The notes under the pieces: model-generated | What the model was told of the DNA's origin: nothing | The model's database searches: none | The model's input: the letters and a program-made list of their open reading frames with translations, nothing else | Virus record (IMG/VR): IMGVR_UViG_3300042455_000321 | Coordinates: 1-64,000 of that record | Length of the DNA stretch: 64,000 nt | Origin: a virus | Strand: one strand, 5' to 3' | Part shown: in pieces, positions 36,532 to 43,800 of the stretch | How positions within the stretch are numbered: the first letter of the stretch is position 1 | Layout: each line of letters starts with the position of its first letter | Program-made: the position numbers and the translations under genes

Positions 36532-36543
36532 TTCACAAATAAA

Positions 36544-36575
36544 TTTGGAAATGTTAATTTAAAATACTACCTTTG
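36544..36575 (+). promoter_or_regulatory. Canonical Bacteroidota promoter (phage B recombination/ncRNA operon)
   Basis: TTTG-20nt-TACCTTTG. Confidence 0.8.
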
Positions 36576-36588
36576 CTTTGGTAAAGGC

Positions 36589-36645
36589 GAGGTAGTCACT
36601 ACGAGTGTGGGCTCACAACCCAATAGAGCGAAGCTATTCTACCTC
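36589..36645 (+). ncRNA. 57-nt mini-cloverleaf (four-way junction) RNA
   Basis: GAGGTAG/CTACCTC closing stem enclosing CACT/AGTG, GGG/CCC and AATAG/CTATT hairpins, all Watson-Crick. Confidence 0.7.
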
Positions 36646-36675
36646 TCAATTTATAACAACTAAAACAACAACACA

Positions 36676-37098
36676 ATGACAAATCTGTACAAGGCCCTTG
36701 CGGCATTCCAACAAGAAGTCCCTGTGATTCACAAGGCGACTCAAGGTTATGGTTACAGCTACGCTGACCTACCTGCAATTTTCTCAATCATCAACCCATT
36801 AATGAAAAAGCATGGGTTAGGGTTTACGCAGATGATGACAGACATCGGATTGCAAACTACTATCTTCCATTGCGAGAGTGGTGAAGCTATTAGTTCAACT
36901 GCAACTATTCCTCAAGGCGTTCAGCTTAAAGGTATGAATGACTTCCAAGTATTAGGCTCTGCTATTACCTACATTCGTAGATATGCATTGTCATCAGCAC
37001 TTGGGTTAGTTACCGATAAAGATACTGACGCATCTGGCGAACAAACATCTGCACCACGTCAAGCAAGTTTTAACCCTAAAAAAGACCTTTCATTCTAA
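36676..37098 (+). CDS. erf: ERF-family ssDNA annealing protein
   Basis: YSYADL, H.ESGE, Q.LGSAITYIRRYALSSALGL..D.D.DA. Confidence 0.92.
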   Translation: MTNLYKALAAFQQEVPVIHKATQGYGYSYADLPAIFSIINPLMKKHGLGFTQMMTDIGLQTTIFHCESGEAISSTATIPQGVQLKGMNDFQVLGSAITYIRRYALSSALGLVTDKDTDASGEQTSAPRQASFNPKKDLSF

Positions 37099-37895
37099 TG
37101 GCAAATCAATTATTTATGGACTGGTTGAACTCACCTGAGTTCCGCCTTTCCTTCTCGACCGCTAAAAACTTATTAGACTCCCCTGCTAAATTCCAATGGG
37201 AGATAACAAACAAACTAATGTACGAACCTGATGAGCCTACCGAGGCTATGAGATTAGGTACTCTTATCCATACATTAGTGTTAGAGCCACATGAGTTCGG
37301 TACTAAGTTTGTTATTCAACCTGACTTTGGTAGAACTAAACCTGAGTTAGAAAAGAAAGAACATTTCTTTCAAGAGAACAAAGGAAAGATTATTGTTAAG
37401 GATAAAGAAGTAGATAAAGCTGAGCGTTGTATTAAGTATATCCCTGACCACGTTATGGATATCATTAACGCTGGCAAGACTGAGTTTGTTATTAATCAAC
37501 CCATAGCTAACGTGCCTTTCAAGGGTATCATAGATTGCTATAACGAAGGTGTTATAGAGGTTAAAACTACAAGCGAGTCATCTGCTGATAAGTTGATTGC
37601 TTCTTTCTTTAACCTTAAGTATCCTATGCAGGCTGCTATCTATAGCGTACTTGCTAAGAAAGAGTTTGGGTTAGATTACTATCCTAATACTACTTACTTG
37701 ATTATCCAAACGGTAGCACCTTATAGAAGCTATTTTATAAAAGCTGATAAGGATTACCACTTGTATGGTCAGAAGTTATTGGATGTTGCATTAACAATTT
37801 ATCACCACGTAAAAAAAGAAGGCTTATGGGATAAAGGTTGGGATATCCAATCAATCGGATTACCTGCATGGGCATCAAAACAAATTGAAGAATAA
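37098..37895 (+). CDS. PD-(D/E)XK exonuclease (RecE/DUF3799-like)
   Basis: LS.S....L..SP, T.AMRLGTLIH..VLEP, KGIID, EVKT, Y.MQAAIY. Confidence 0.88.
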   Translation: MANQLFMDWLNSPEFRLSFSTAKNLLDSPAKFQWEITNKLMYEPDEPTEAMRLGTLIHTLVLEPHEFGTKFVIQPDFGRTKPELEKKEHFFQENKGKIIVKDKEVDKAERCIKYIPDHVMDIINAGKTEFVINQPIANVPFKGIIDCYNEGVIEVKTTSESSADKLIASFFNLKYPMQAAIYSVLAKKEFGLDYYPNTTYLIIQTVAPYRSYFIKADKDYHLYGQKLLDVALTIYHHVKKEGLWDKGWDIQSIGLPAWASKQIEE

Positions 37896-38009
37896 CAGCC
37901 CGAAGTACAAGGGAACTCGAAGCACAGGCGTGGCATACCATAAGAACTGCTCGCTCCTAATCGTTGGTAGGCTTTGTTGGCAACTCAAAGGTGTATAGAT
38001 AAAAGTTGC
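37894..38009 (+). ncRNA. Candidate structured ncRNA upstream of tRNA-like cluster
   Basis: GC-rich non-coding stretch with several short stems (CCC/GGG, AGCA/TGCT, TGG/CCA, CCTA/TAGG, GCAACT/AGTTGC). Confidence 0.45.
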
Positions 38010-38013
38010 AAAT

Positions 38014-38093
38014 AGTCAGGTGGCGGGATTGGTAGCCGCATTAATGGGCAGTAAATCCATTAAAATTTATAGGTTCGAGTCCTGTCCTGACTA
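38014..38093 (+). tRNA. tRNA-like RNA 1 (Leu-type body, elongated aberrant anticodon arm)
   Basis: AGTCAGG/CCTGACT acceptor, GG D-loop, GGTTCGAGTCC T-arm; 7-8 bp anticodon stem, loop CAGTAAA lacks U33. Confidence 0.75.
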
Positions 38094-38107
38094 CTAAAAT
38101 AAAAATT

Positions 38108-38209
38108 ATGAAAAACGAAAAATATTGGAATGGATTTATATTAGGTTTCTTTATTGGTGGAATAATAGGAATATTCACATTAAGTTTAATTATAAAAGGA
38201 ACATTATAA
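38108..38209 (+). CDS. 33-aa single-TM peptide between tRNA-like repeats
   Basis: MKNEKYWNGFILGFFIGGIIGIFTLSLIIKGTL; A-rich upstream region. Confidence 0.65.
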   Translation: MKNEKYWNGFILGFFIGGIIGIFTLSLIIKGTL

Positions 38210-38214
38210 AAAAT

Positions 38215-38326
38215 AGTCAGGTGGCGGAATTGGTAGACGCTACTAGAGCAAATGCCGAAGGTCTCCTTGGTGCACCAAGCAATGTCAACTCTTGAGACCA
38301 TACAGGTTCGAATCCTGTCCTGACTA
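38215..38326 (+). tRNA. tRNA-like RNA 2 (Leu-type body, 61-nt branched insert instead of anticodon/variable arms)
   Basis: Same acceptor as RNA 1; TGGCGGAATTGGTAGACGC D-arm; ACAGGTTCGAATCCTGT T-arm. Confidence 0.75.
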
Positions 38327-38328
38327 CA

Positions 38329-38424
38329 AAGTGGTAATAGACGAAAATGAAATTCCTGCTGTGATGTTAACTTAATCAGCACATTCAGAAGTAGAAATGA
38401 ACAACCGCAAATTGTTCGCCACTT
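38329..38424 (+). ncRNA. Candidate multi-stem ncRNA between tRNA-like RNAs 2 and 3
   Basis: AAGTGG/CCACTT closing stem, TGCTG/CAGCA and GAACAA/TTGTTC hairpins. Confidence 0.55.
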
Positions 38425-38425
38425 C

Positions 38426-38496
38426 AGCCAAGTAGTGTAATGGTAACACTCCACCATTGTAGGTGGGAGACGCAGGTTCGATCCCTGTCTTGGCAC
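38426..38496 (+). tRNA. tRNA-like RNA 3 (6-nt anticodon loop, 1-72 mismatch)
   Basis: GCCAAG/CTTGGC, GTGT/ACAC D-stem, CCACC-ATTGTA-GGTGG, GCAGGTTCGATCCCTGT. Confidence 0.75.
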
Positions 38497-38534
38497 TAAA
38501 ACCTTTCGGAGTATGGGTTAACCGAGTATATAAT

Positions 38535-38777
38535 ATGAGTACAACGTATGAGATGAGAGAAGGACAAGGGTCTTTATTCATCAACGAAAAGAAAACGTCA
38601 GACAAACAACCTGACTACAATGGTAATGTTCTTATCAATGGAAAGAAAATGCAAATGGCAGGTTGGAAAAAACAATCCAAGTCTGGCTCTACATTCTTAT
38701 CAATCCAAATTAGCGAACCAAGAGAAGCATCTACTACATCGGCTAAGCCTGCTGTAAGCGATGACTTACCATTTTAA
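38535..38777 (+). CDS. Small ssDNA-binding-like protein (DUF736-like); start revised to 38535
   Basis: GSLF.N..K..DKQPDY.G, AGWKK, DDLPF tail. Confidence 0.75.
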   Translation: MSTTYEMREGQGSLFINEKKTSDKQPDYNGNVLINGKKMQMAGWKKQSKSGSTFLSIQISEPREASTTSAKPAVSDDLPF

Positions 38778-38836
38778 CTAATCGGTCCACGGCTCTCGCT
38801 TAAGTGTGGGAGCTTGTTGGACCACTAACCCAGACC

Positions 38837-39898
38837 ATGAAAGAACAAGATATAAAATTAGCTATCGAACAAGAGTGTGATGCAGTAGGTATACCTATAA
38901 CATCGGTTAAGCATTATTGGTATAAAGGTGAACACTTTTCTATCAATGCTCTTAACCCATACGATAGGGCTACTTCATTCTTGCAATCCATAGAAAAGAT
39001 TTGTGAGACCTACCTTAAAGGTGGTATACGCAAACCCAAAGTAATCAAACAACTTGACACACCTGTAGCCATTAAGGTAACCCTTAGTGATATGCACGTA
39101 GGTCTTGAACCTAACCCTAAGAATGGTGGTATGTTTGAATACTCTTACAACAGAGATATATTCTACCACAACATTGACTATGTCTATAGTCGAATACTTC
39201 ATCATTACAACAGCAACGGCACTTTTGATTTGTTGATAATTGATGACTTAGGTGATGGGCTAGATGGTTACGAGGGCAAGACAACTCGAGGTGGTCATGA
39301 CTTAGAACAGAACATGAGTTCTACTGAAGCGTTTGAAACCTTCGTGTCTGCTAAGCTTTCTTTAATAGAAAGATGTATAGATGAAGGCGTTGCTAACAAG
39401 TTCCTAATTAGAAACGTATGCAACGATAACCACGCTGGTAGCTTTGCTTCTATATCTAATATGGCTATCAAGATGATACTTGACCGAGTATATGAAGAGT
39501 CGGTAGTTGATTTCTATATCCTTGAGAAGTTCATGAGTCACTTCACCTATGGCGACCATGCATTTATTATTACCCATGGTAAGGACAATAAGTACATGTT
39601 CAAAGGATTGCCATATCAATTGAATGATAAGACCGTAGCGTTCATTAACGAATACATTGACCACTTCGGTATAGATAACAAGTTCATTCATCTTGAGAAA
39701 GGCGACCTACATAGGATAGGATATGATAGAACTAAGAAGTTTGATTATAGAAACTTCATGAGTTTTGCTCCCCCCTCTGCTTGGGTTCAGCATAATTTTG
39801 GAGATGGGTATTGTGGGTTCTCTATCCAGATTATCCCTAAGTATAGTGGGGAGATATCCCATACAGATTACTATTTTGATTTAACTAAAAAGAAATAA
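38837..39898 (+). CDS. Metallophosphoesterase-fold protein; start revised to 38837
   Basis: SDMHVG, LGDGLDG, NDNH, THG, GDLH. Confidence 0.75.
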   Translation: MKEQDIKLAIEQECDAVGIPITSVKHYWYKGEHFSINALNPYDRATSFLQSIEKICETYLKGGIRKPKVIKQLDTPVAIKVTLSDMHVGLEPNPKNGGMFEYSYNRDIFYHNIDYVYSRILHHYNSNGTFDLLIIDDLGDGLDGYEGKTTRGGHDLEQNMSSTEAFETFVSAKLSLIERCIDEGVANKFLIRNVCNDNHAGSFASISNMAIKMILDRVYEESVVDFYILEKFMSHFTYGDHAFIITHGKDNKYMFKGLPYQLNDKTVAFINEYIDHFGIDNKFIHLEKGDLHRIGYDRTKKFDYRNFMSFAPPSAWVQHNFGDGYCGFSIQIIPKYSGEISHTDYYFDLTKKK

Positions 39899-39900
39899 CA

Positions 39901-40290
39901 ATGGAAGAAATATTAGAGTCGTTTAAAGAAGACCCAAAGGTTTATATTTGTACTGAATGTCATAGACCATACTTTACTAAAAGAAAGTCGCTTGATGCAG
40001 AAACAGTAACAAAATCTATCAGTAAGTATTACGGTGGTATTGATTTGAGAGAAAAGACTAGAAGACAAACCCATGTAATAGCTAGACAAATGGCTTTTAA
40101 AATTCTCCATAGTTATACATCGATGTCCCTTAAAGAGTGTGCTGACTATTACAAACCTGCAACCCAAGACCATACTACTGCCCTTCATGGCATAAGAATT
40201 ATAAGTGATAGGATTAAGTACGAAGACAAAATTGCAGATGATTATAACAATATTATAGAACTAATAATTAAAGACCATGACCTCAATTAA
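39901..40290 (+). CDS. DnaA C-terminal HTH protein with CxxC
   Basis: KTRR...VIARQMA, SLKE.A, DHTTALHG. Confidence 0.85.
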   Translation: MEEILESFKEDPKVYICTECHRPYFTKRKSLDAETVTKSISKYYGGIDLREKTRRQTHVIARQMAFKILHSYTSMSLKECADYYKPATQDHTTALHGIRIISDRIKYEDKIADDYNNIIELIIKDHDLN

Positions 40291-40408
40291 TGACACAGCT
40301 AGACGCATAGAAGAAATATGCAAACAGCTAGAACGCCACGCTAAGATAGAGCAAGACCTCAAAAGAGAGATAAGAGAACTAATGTTAAAACTTAAACTTA
40401 AATTATAA
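40277..40408 (+). CDS. 43-aa coiled-coil peptide (not in ORF track)
   Basis: Fills gap; TAATG overlap with next gene. Confidence 0.55.
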   Translation: MTSINDTARRIEEICKQLERHAKIEQDLKREIRELMLKLKLKL

Positions 40409-40737
40409 TGTCTGAAAATAAGTCAGCCGTATCGGCTTTGGCACGCGCTTTGATATATACTAAACTAGCAAGTGAATACTTTGACTTCTTTATTGTAGAA
40501 AGCGGTGTTAAGTTTGATGATAAACACTTCATCAAAACCAATAGCAATAAGTTAAAAGCAGTACTCAGAGACATGGGCATGGTGGTATCACCTAGCGTAA
40601 GAGATGCTTACGTTAAAGATATGGACAACGCACCAGCCGTAGACTCTATAGCTAACATCTATCTTACTTTATCTGAGGCCAACAGAGTAGTATTAGAAGA
40701 TTACGCAGAGGAACTTTTAAAAGGTCAAAAGAAATAG
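40408..40737 (+). CDS. Hypothetical protein, homolog of 2555-2899
   Basis: Full-length similarity incl. D..NA.A.DS.AN.Y..L.E.NR..LE.Y.E.L.K.QK. Confidence 0.75.
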   Translation: MSENKSAVSALARALIYTKLASEYFDFFIVESGVKFDDKHFIKTNSNKLKAVLRDMGMVVSPSVRDAYVKDMDNAPAVDSIANIYLTLSEANRVVLEDYAEELLKGQKK

Positions 40738-40762
40738 GATTTACAACAACACAACTCAAATC

Positions 40763-40785
40763 AAGGGGGACATTCGTCCCCTTTT
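40763..40785 (+). terminator. Terminator-like hairpin upstream of primase-helicase
   Basis: GGGGAC-ATTC-GTCCCC-TTTT. Confidence 0.6.
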
Positions 40786-40796
40786 AAATCTGTACC

Positions 40797-42644
40797 ATGT
40801 ATAAAGAATTAGTATTAAAATCACTTCACAATAGGAACACAATCGTTCCAATAAACGAAATTACCTATGAGCCTAGAGACTACGAAGCCTATCAAAGTCT
40901 TTTTCAATATAGTGCAGATATCCACGAGTACGTTCACCTACAAGGTGGTGTTAGTGGATTCAATGGGAAACTTTACACCAATAGCATATACCTGGACATC
41001 GACAATGCCACTAATGGCGCTGAAGCACGGAATAGCTTAATCAAACTTATCCGTTACCTTAACTCTGAATACAAAATCCACCCTGATGATTTAAAGATAT
41101 ACTTTAGTGGCAACAAGGGTTACCACGTAGAGATACCAGAAATTATGTTAGGGGAGATTAAAGGTTCAGAGGTACTTAACCAATTCGTTAAGGACTTCGT
41201 AATGAAGATTAAAGTAGGTAGCCAAGTAGCTGACATTGATACGGCTATCTATGATGCTACGCGTATCTTCAGATTGGTTAACTCTAAGAACATGAAGTCA
41301 GGGTTATTCAAGATACCAATAGGTTACGATGAGGTTATGGAACTTGGTGATACTGGCGTTAGAGAATTGGCTAAAGTACCACGCACCGATTGGAAACTAT
41401 CTAAGACCTACAACCCTAAGTTCAATCAAAAGTTAGCTGACCTATGGGAGTCAGTTGCTCAACGTGATGCTGTTGTAGATTTAGGCGTAGAGAATATGGA
41501 TAGCTTCTTTGCCCCTGCAACAGAAGGTGGACGTAATACCAAATACTTTGCTCAAGCGACTATGTTGTTGGAGAAAGGTTTATATCCTGATGCTGTGTAC
41601 CAAATCGTACAGAACGCTAATCAATTATCTGGCAACCCTATCCCTGATGCAGAGATGCAGTTGATTATGCGTCATGCCCAAGAGAAGCTAAGACGTAAAG
41701 GCTCAAGCAAGAAGGCTATGTTCAAACCACTTAGTGATTTATTACCTGAATGGGAACAAGAACAACTTGATGAGACCAACCCTATATGGACAGGGTTCAA
41801 GCGTATTGACGAGGATATGAAAGGAAAGCTTCGTGGTAAGCTAATCGTTGTAGCAGGTTACGCAGGTTCTAAGAAGTCTTTATTCTGTCAGCAAGTATTG
41901 TTACAGAACATTAGAGAAGGCAAGCAAGTAGGTCTATATAGTTCTATGGAGATGAGTTCATCTACCGTATTAGACAGAACTATATCCCAATCATTTAATA
42001 ATAAAGATTACCAAGGCTCGGTTAGTGAGGCAGTAAGAAAAGCTTACCAAGCAGAGAAACAAGCAGCACGCGAGTTCATTCAGAAGAACATTGTAGAGAT
42101 GTATGGTAGTCGCCTTATGGTATCTTCCGATGGCTCTATGGATAGTAGCCATTACCGACAAGCATTGATAGATACTCGTGAGCGTTTAGGTCGTGTAGAC
42201 TTATTGGTAGTTGATGGGTTGTCTATGATGAATGGTGGTGAGAGCGAATTAGCAGCAGCAAACAAACATACCAAGGAACTTAAGGAGTTAGCTATTGAGT
42301 TCAACATAGCTGTCTTTCTTATCGTTCATGCGTCAAGAGGTGAGGCGTTAGATGCTCGTGACTTGCGCAATAAGATTAGAGGTAGCGAGAAAGTAATTGA
42401 CAATAGTGATTGTGCTATTTATTTATCCCAAATTGTAGACCAAGAGAAGACATTAGATAACTTGACAGAGTATAGTAAAGACCAAGGTTATATTAGATGC
42501 TACAATAAGCGTGGGTCTGGTAACTATACCAATGTGGTATATGACTTTGACCAAAAGACTTTGCTTATGACAGAGAGCGATACCGACCCAAGGACTGTAG
42601 AGGTTAAGGGAAAGAAAGGTAGTAGTGATGATGGGTGGTTATAG
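40797..42644 (+). CDS. AEP primase fused to DnaB-like (SF4) helicase
   Basis: YLDID and YFSGNKGYHV AEP motifs, EGGRN primase-C, TGF..ID, GYAGSKKS, SMEM, LVVDGL, RGSE. Confidence 0.9.
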   Translation: MYKELVLKSLHNRNTIVPINEITYEPRDYEAYQSLFQYSADIHEYVHLQGGVSGFNGKLYTNSIYLDIDNATNGAEARNSLIKLIRYLNSEYKIHPDDLKIYFSGNKGYHVEIPEIMLGEIKGSEVLNQFVKDFVMKIKVGSQVADIDTAIYDATRIFRLVNSKNMKSGLFKIPIGYDEVMELGDTGVRELAKVPRTDWKLSKTYNPKFNQKLADLWESVAQRDAVVDLGVENMDSFFAPATEGGRNTKYFAQATMLLEKGLYPDAVYQIVQNANQLSGNPIPDAEMQLIMRHAQEKLRRKGSSKKAMFKPLSDLLPEWEQEQLDETNPIWTGFKRIDEDMKGKLRGKLIVVAGYAGSKKSLFCQQVLLQNIREGKQVGLYSSMEMSSSTVLDRTISQSFNNKDYQGSVSEAVRKAYQAEKQAAREFIQKNIVEMYGSRLMVSSDGSMDSSHYRQALIDTRERLGRVDLLVVDGLSMMNGGESELAAANKHTKELKELAIEFNIAVFLIVHASRGEALDARDLRNKIRGSEKVIDNSDCAIYLSQIVDQEKTLDNLTEYSKDQGYIRCYNKRGSGNYTNVVYDFDQKTLLMTESDTDPRTVEVKGKKGSSDDGWL

Positions 42645-42685
42645 TGCATGAAATTTTCCAAAAATAAATCACAAGATATTAACAT

Positions 42686-42913
42686 ATGAAACAACAAACA
42701 GCAGTAGAATACTTATTTGAAAAGCTTTGGGAAGAACCAAAGGATAAGCTAACTTGGCACACTATATTAGAGAAGGCTAAAGAGAAAGAAAAGGAACAGC
42801 ATAATGAGACAGCAGAAGATTGGTGGCATAAAGCAGCAGCTTATATAATTTCAATAAGTGAGCCTAAAAATCAAAGCTTTGATAAATATTATGAAGAAAG
42901 ATTTAATAATTAA
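42686..42913 (+). CDS. Hypothetical protein, homolog of 5680-5868
   Basis: KQQTAVEYL...AKEKEKEQ...YYEERF. Confidence 0.65.
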   Translation: MKQQTAVEYLFEKLWEEPKDKLTWHTILEKAKEKEKEQHNETAEDWWHKAAAYIISISEPKNQSFDKYYEERFNN

Positions 42914-42915
42914 CT

Positions 42916-43164
42916 ATGTGGACACAGACAACAACTAACGACAACCTGGATATACAGGAGGACACTATAGTCCAATCAGTAATTGAGCAATACTTCCAAC
43001 GCTCTCAACTAGGTATTAAAAAATATAATACCACGCTTGATAGAAATGACTTATCTTTGCATGAGTGGTTGGAGCACCTTAAGCAAGAGCTGATGGACGC
43101 AACGCTGTATATACAAAAGCTACAAAAAGAAATTGATGATAGTGGAAAAGAAAAGAATCCATAA
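42916..43164 (+). CDS. Small helical MazG/dUTPase-like protein
   Basis: RS..G.KKY.TTLDR.DL...WL.H...ELMDA.LY. Confidence 0.55.
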   Translation: MWTQTTTNDNLDIQEDTIVQSVIEQYFQRSQLGIKKYNTTLDRNDLSLHEWLEHLKQELMDATLYIQKLQKEIDDSGKEKNP

Positions 43165-43543
43165 AATATTCATTCACGAACTGCCAAACAAAGTTCAACA
43201 GTCTAAACGCAAGGTTGCGTACATTAGTTGGAACACGCTGTTCTCTAGTCCTCACCACACGGTCAGGACTAAACTTGTTAATGAGATGAAAAAGATTATT
43301 GAACCCTATTTGGCTTCACTAGTTTTGCTTAACCCTCCTGTTGCAATCCACTTGAAGTATTACTGTAACAGAACTGCATATGACATTGATAATAAGACCA
43401 TTTGGTTTAAAATTATAATGGACGTATTGAAAGGTTGGAAGCTGGAAGATGACACCGTAAAGTTTGTCAAGTCGGTATCTATTGAAGCTATAGTCCACAA
43501 AAACAAAATTGACTCAATGGAAATAATAATAACTGAACTATAA
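43133..43543 (+). CDS. RusA-like Holliday junction resolvase
   Basis: DIDN...K...D.L....L.DD...V. Confidence 0.7.
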   Translation: MMIVEKKRIHKIFIHELPNKVQQSKRKVAYISWNTLFSSPHHTVRTKLVNEMKKIIEPYLASLVLLNPPVAIHLKYYCNRTAYDIDNKTIWFKIIMDVLKGWKLEDDTVKFVKSVSIEAIVHKNKIDSMEIIITEL

Positions 43544-43773
43544 TGGGAAAAGTATATATGGTAGATGTAGCTTGCGAGCTACCCAACAAGGAGAAAAAGA
43601 CCTTTGAAAAGATGGTTATGGACGAAGAGCTATTAAATAGCGACCATAATAAAGCTAGGATTATAGCCCTAATCTATGAAAGAAAGTCTAAAAAGTACTT
43701 TGATAACTTCCATAAGGTTAAGATGAAAATAACCAAAATCAAGGAAATTAAGGGTATTTTAGAAGACTTTTAA
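43543..43773 (+). CDS. Hypothetical protein
   Basis: TAATG coupled. Confidence 0.6.
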   Translation: MGKVYMVDVACELPNKEKKTFEKMVMDEELLNSDHNKARIIALIYERKSKKYFDNFHKVKMKITKIKEIKGILEDF

Positions 43774-43785
43774 ACGTATTATATA
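43771..43785 (+). promoter_or_regulatory. Phage B putative late promoter TAAACGTATTATATA
   Basis: Exact 15-mer also at 54854-54868 (+) and 61506-61520 (-), each 15-18 nt before an ATG. Confidence 0.75.
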
Positions 43786-43800
43786 ACATAATAACGAATT

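Noticed and set aside
38241-38301. tRNA intron or tmRNA
   Set aside because: Far too short for a group I/II intron, no canonical anticodon arm is restored, and there is no G3-U70 pair or tag ORF.
38010-38326. CRISPR mini-array
   Set aside because: Only two units, the repeats are tRNA halves, spacer lengths are unequal and there are no cas genes.
38041-38605. Minus-strand ORFs 38041-38496 and 38372-38605
   Set aside because: Antisense shadows of tRNA-like sequences.
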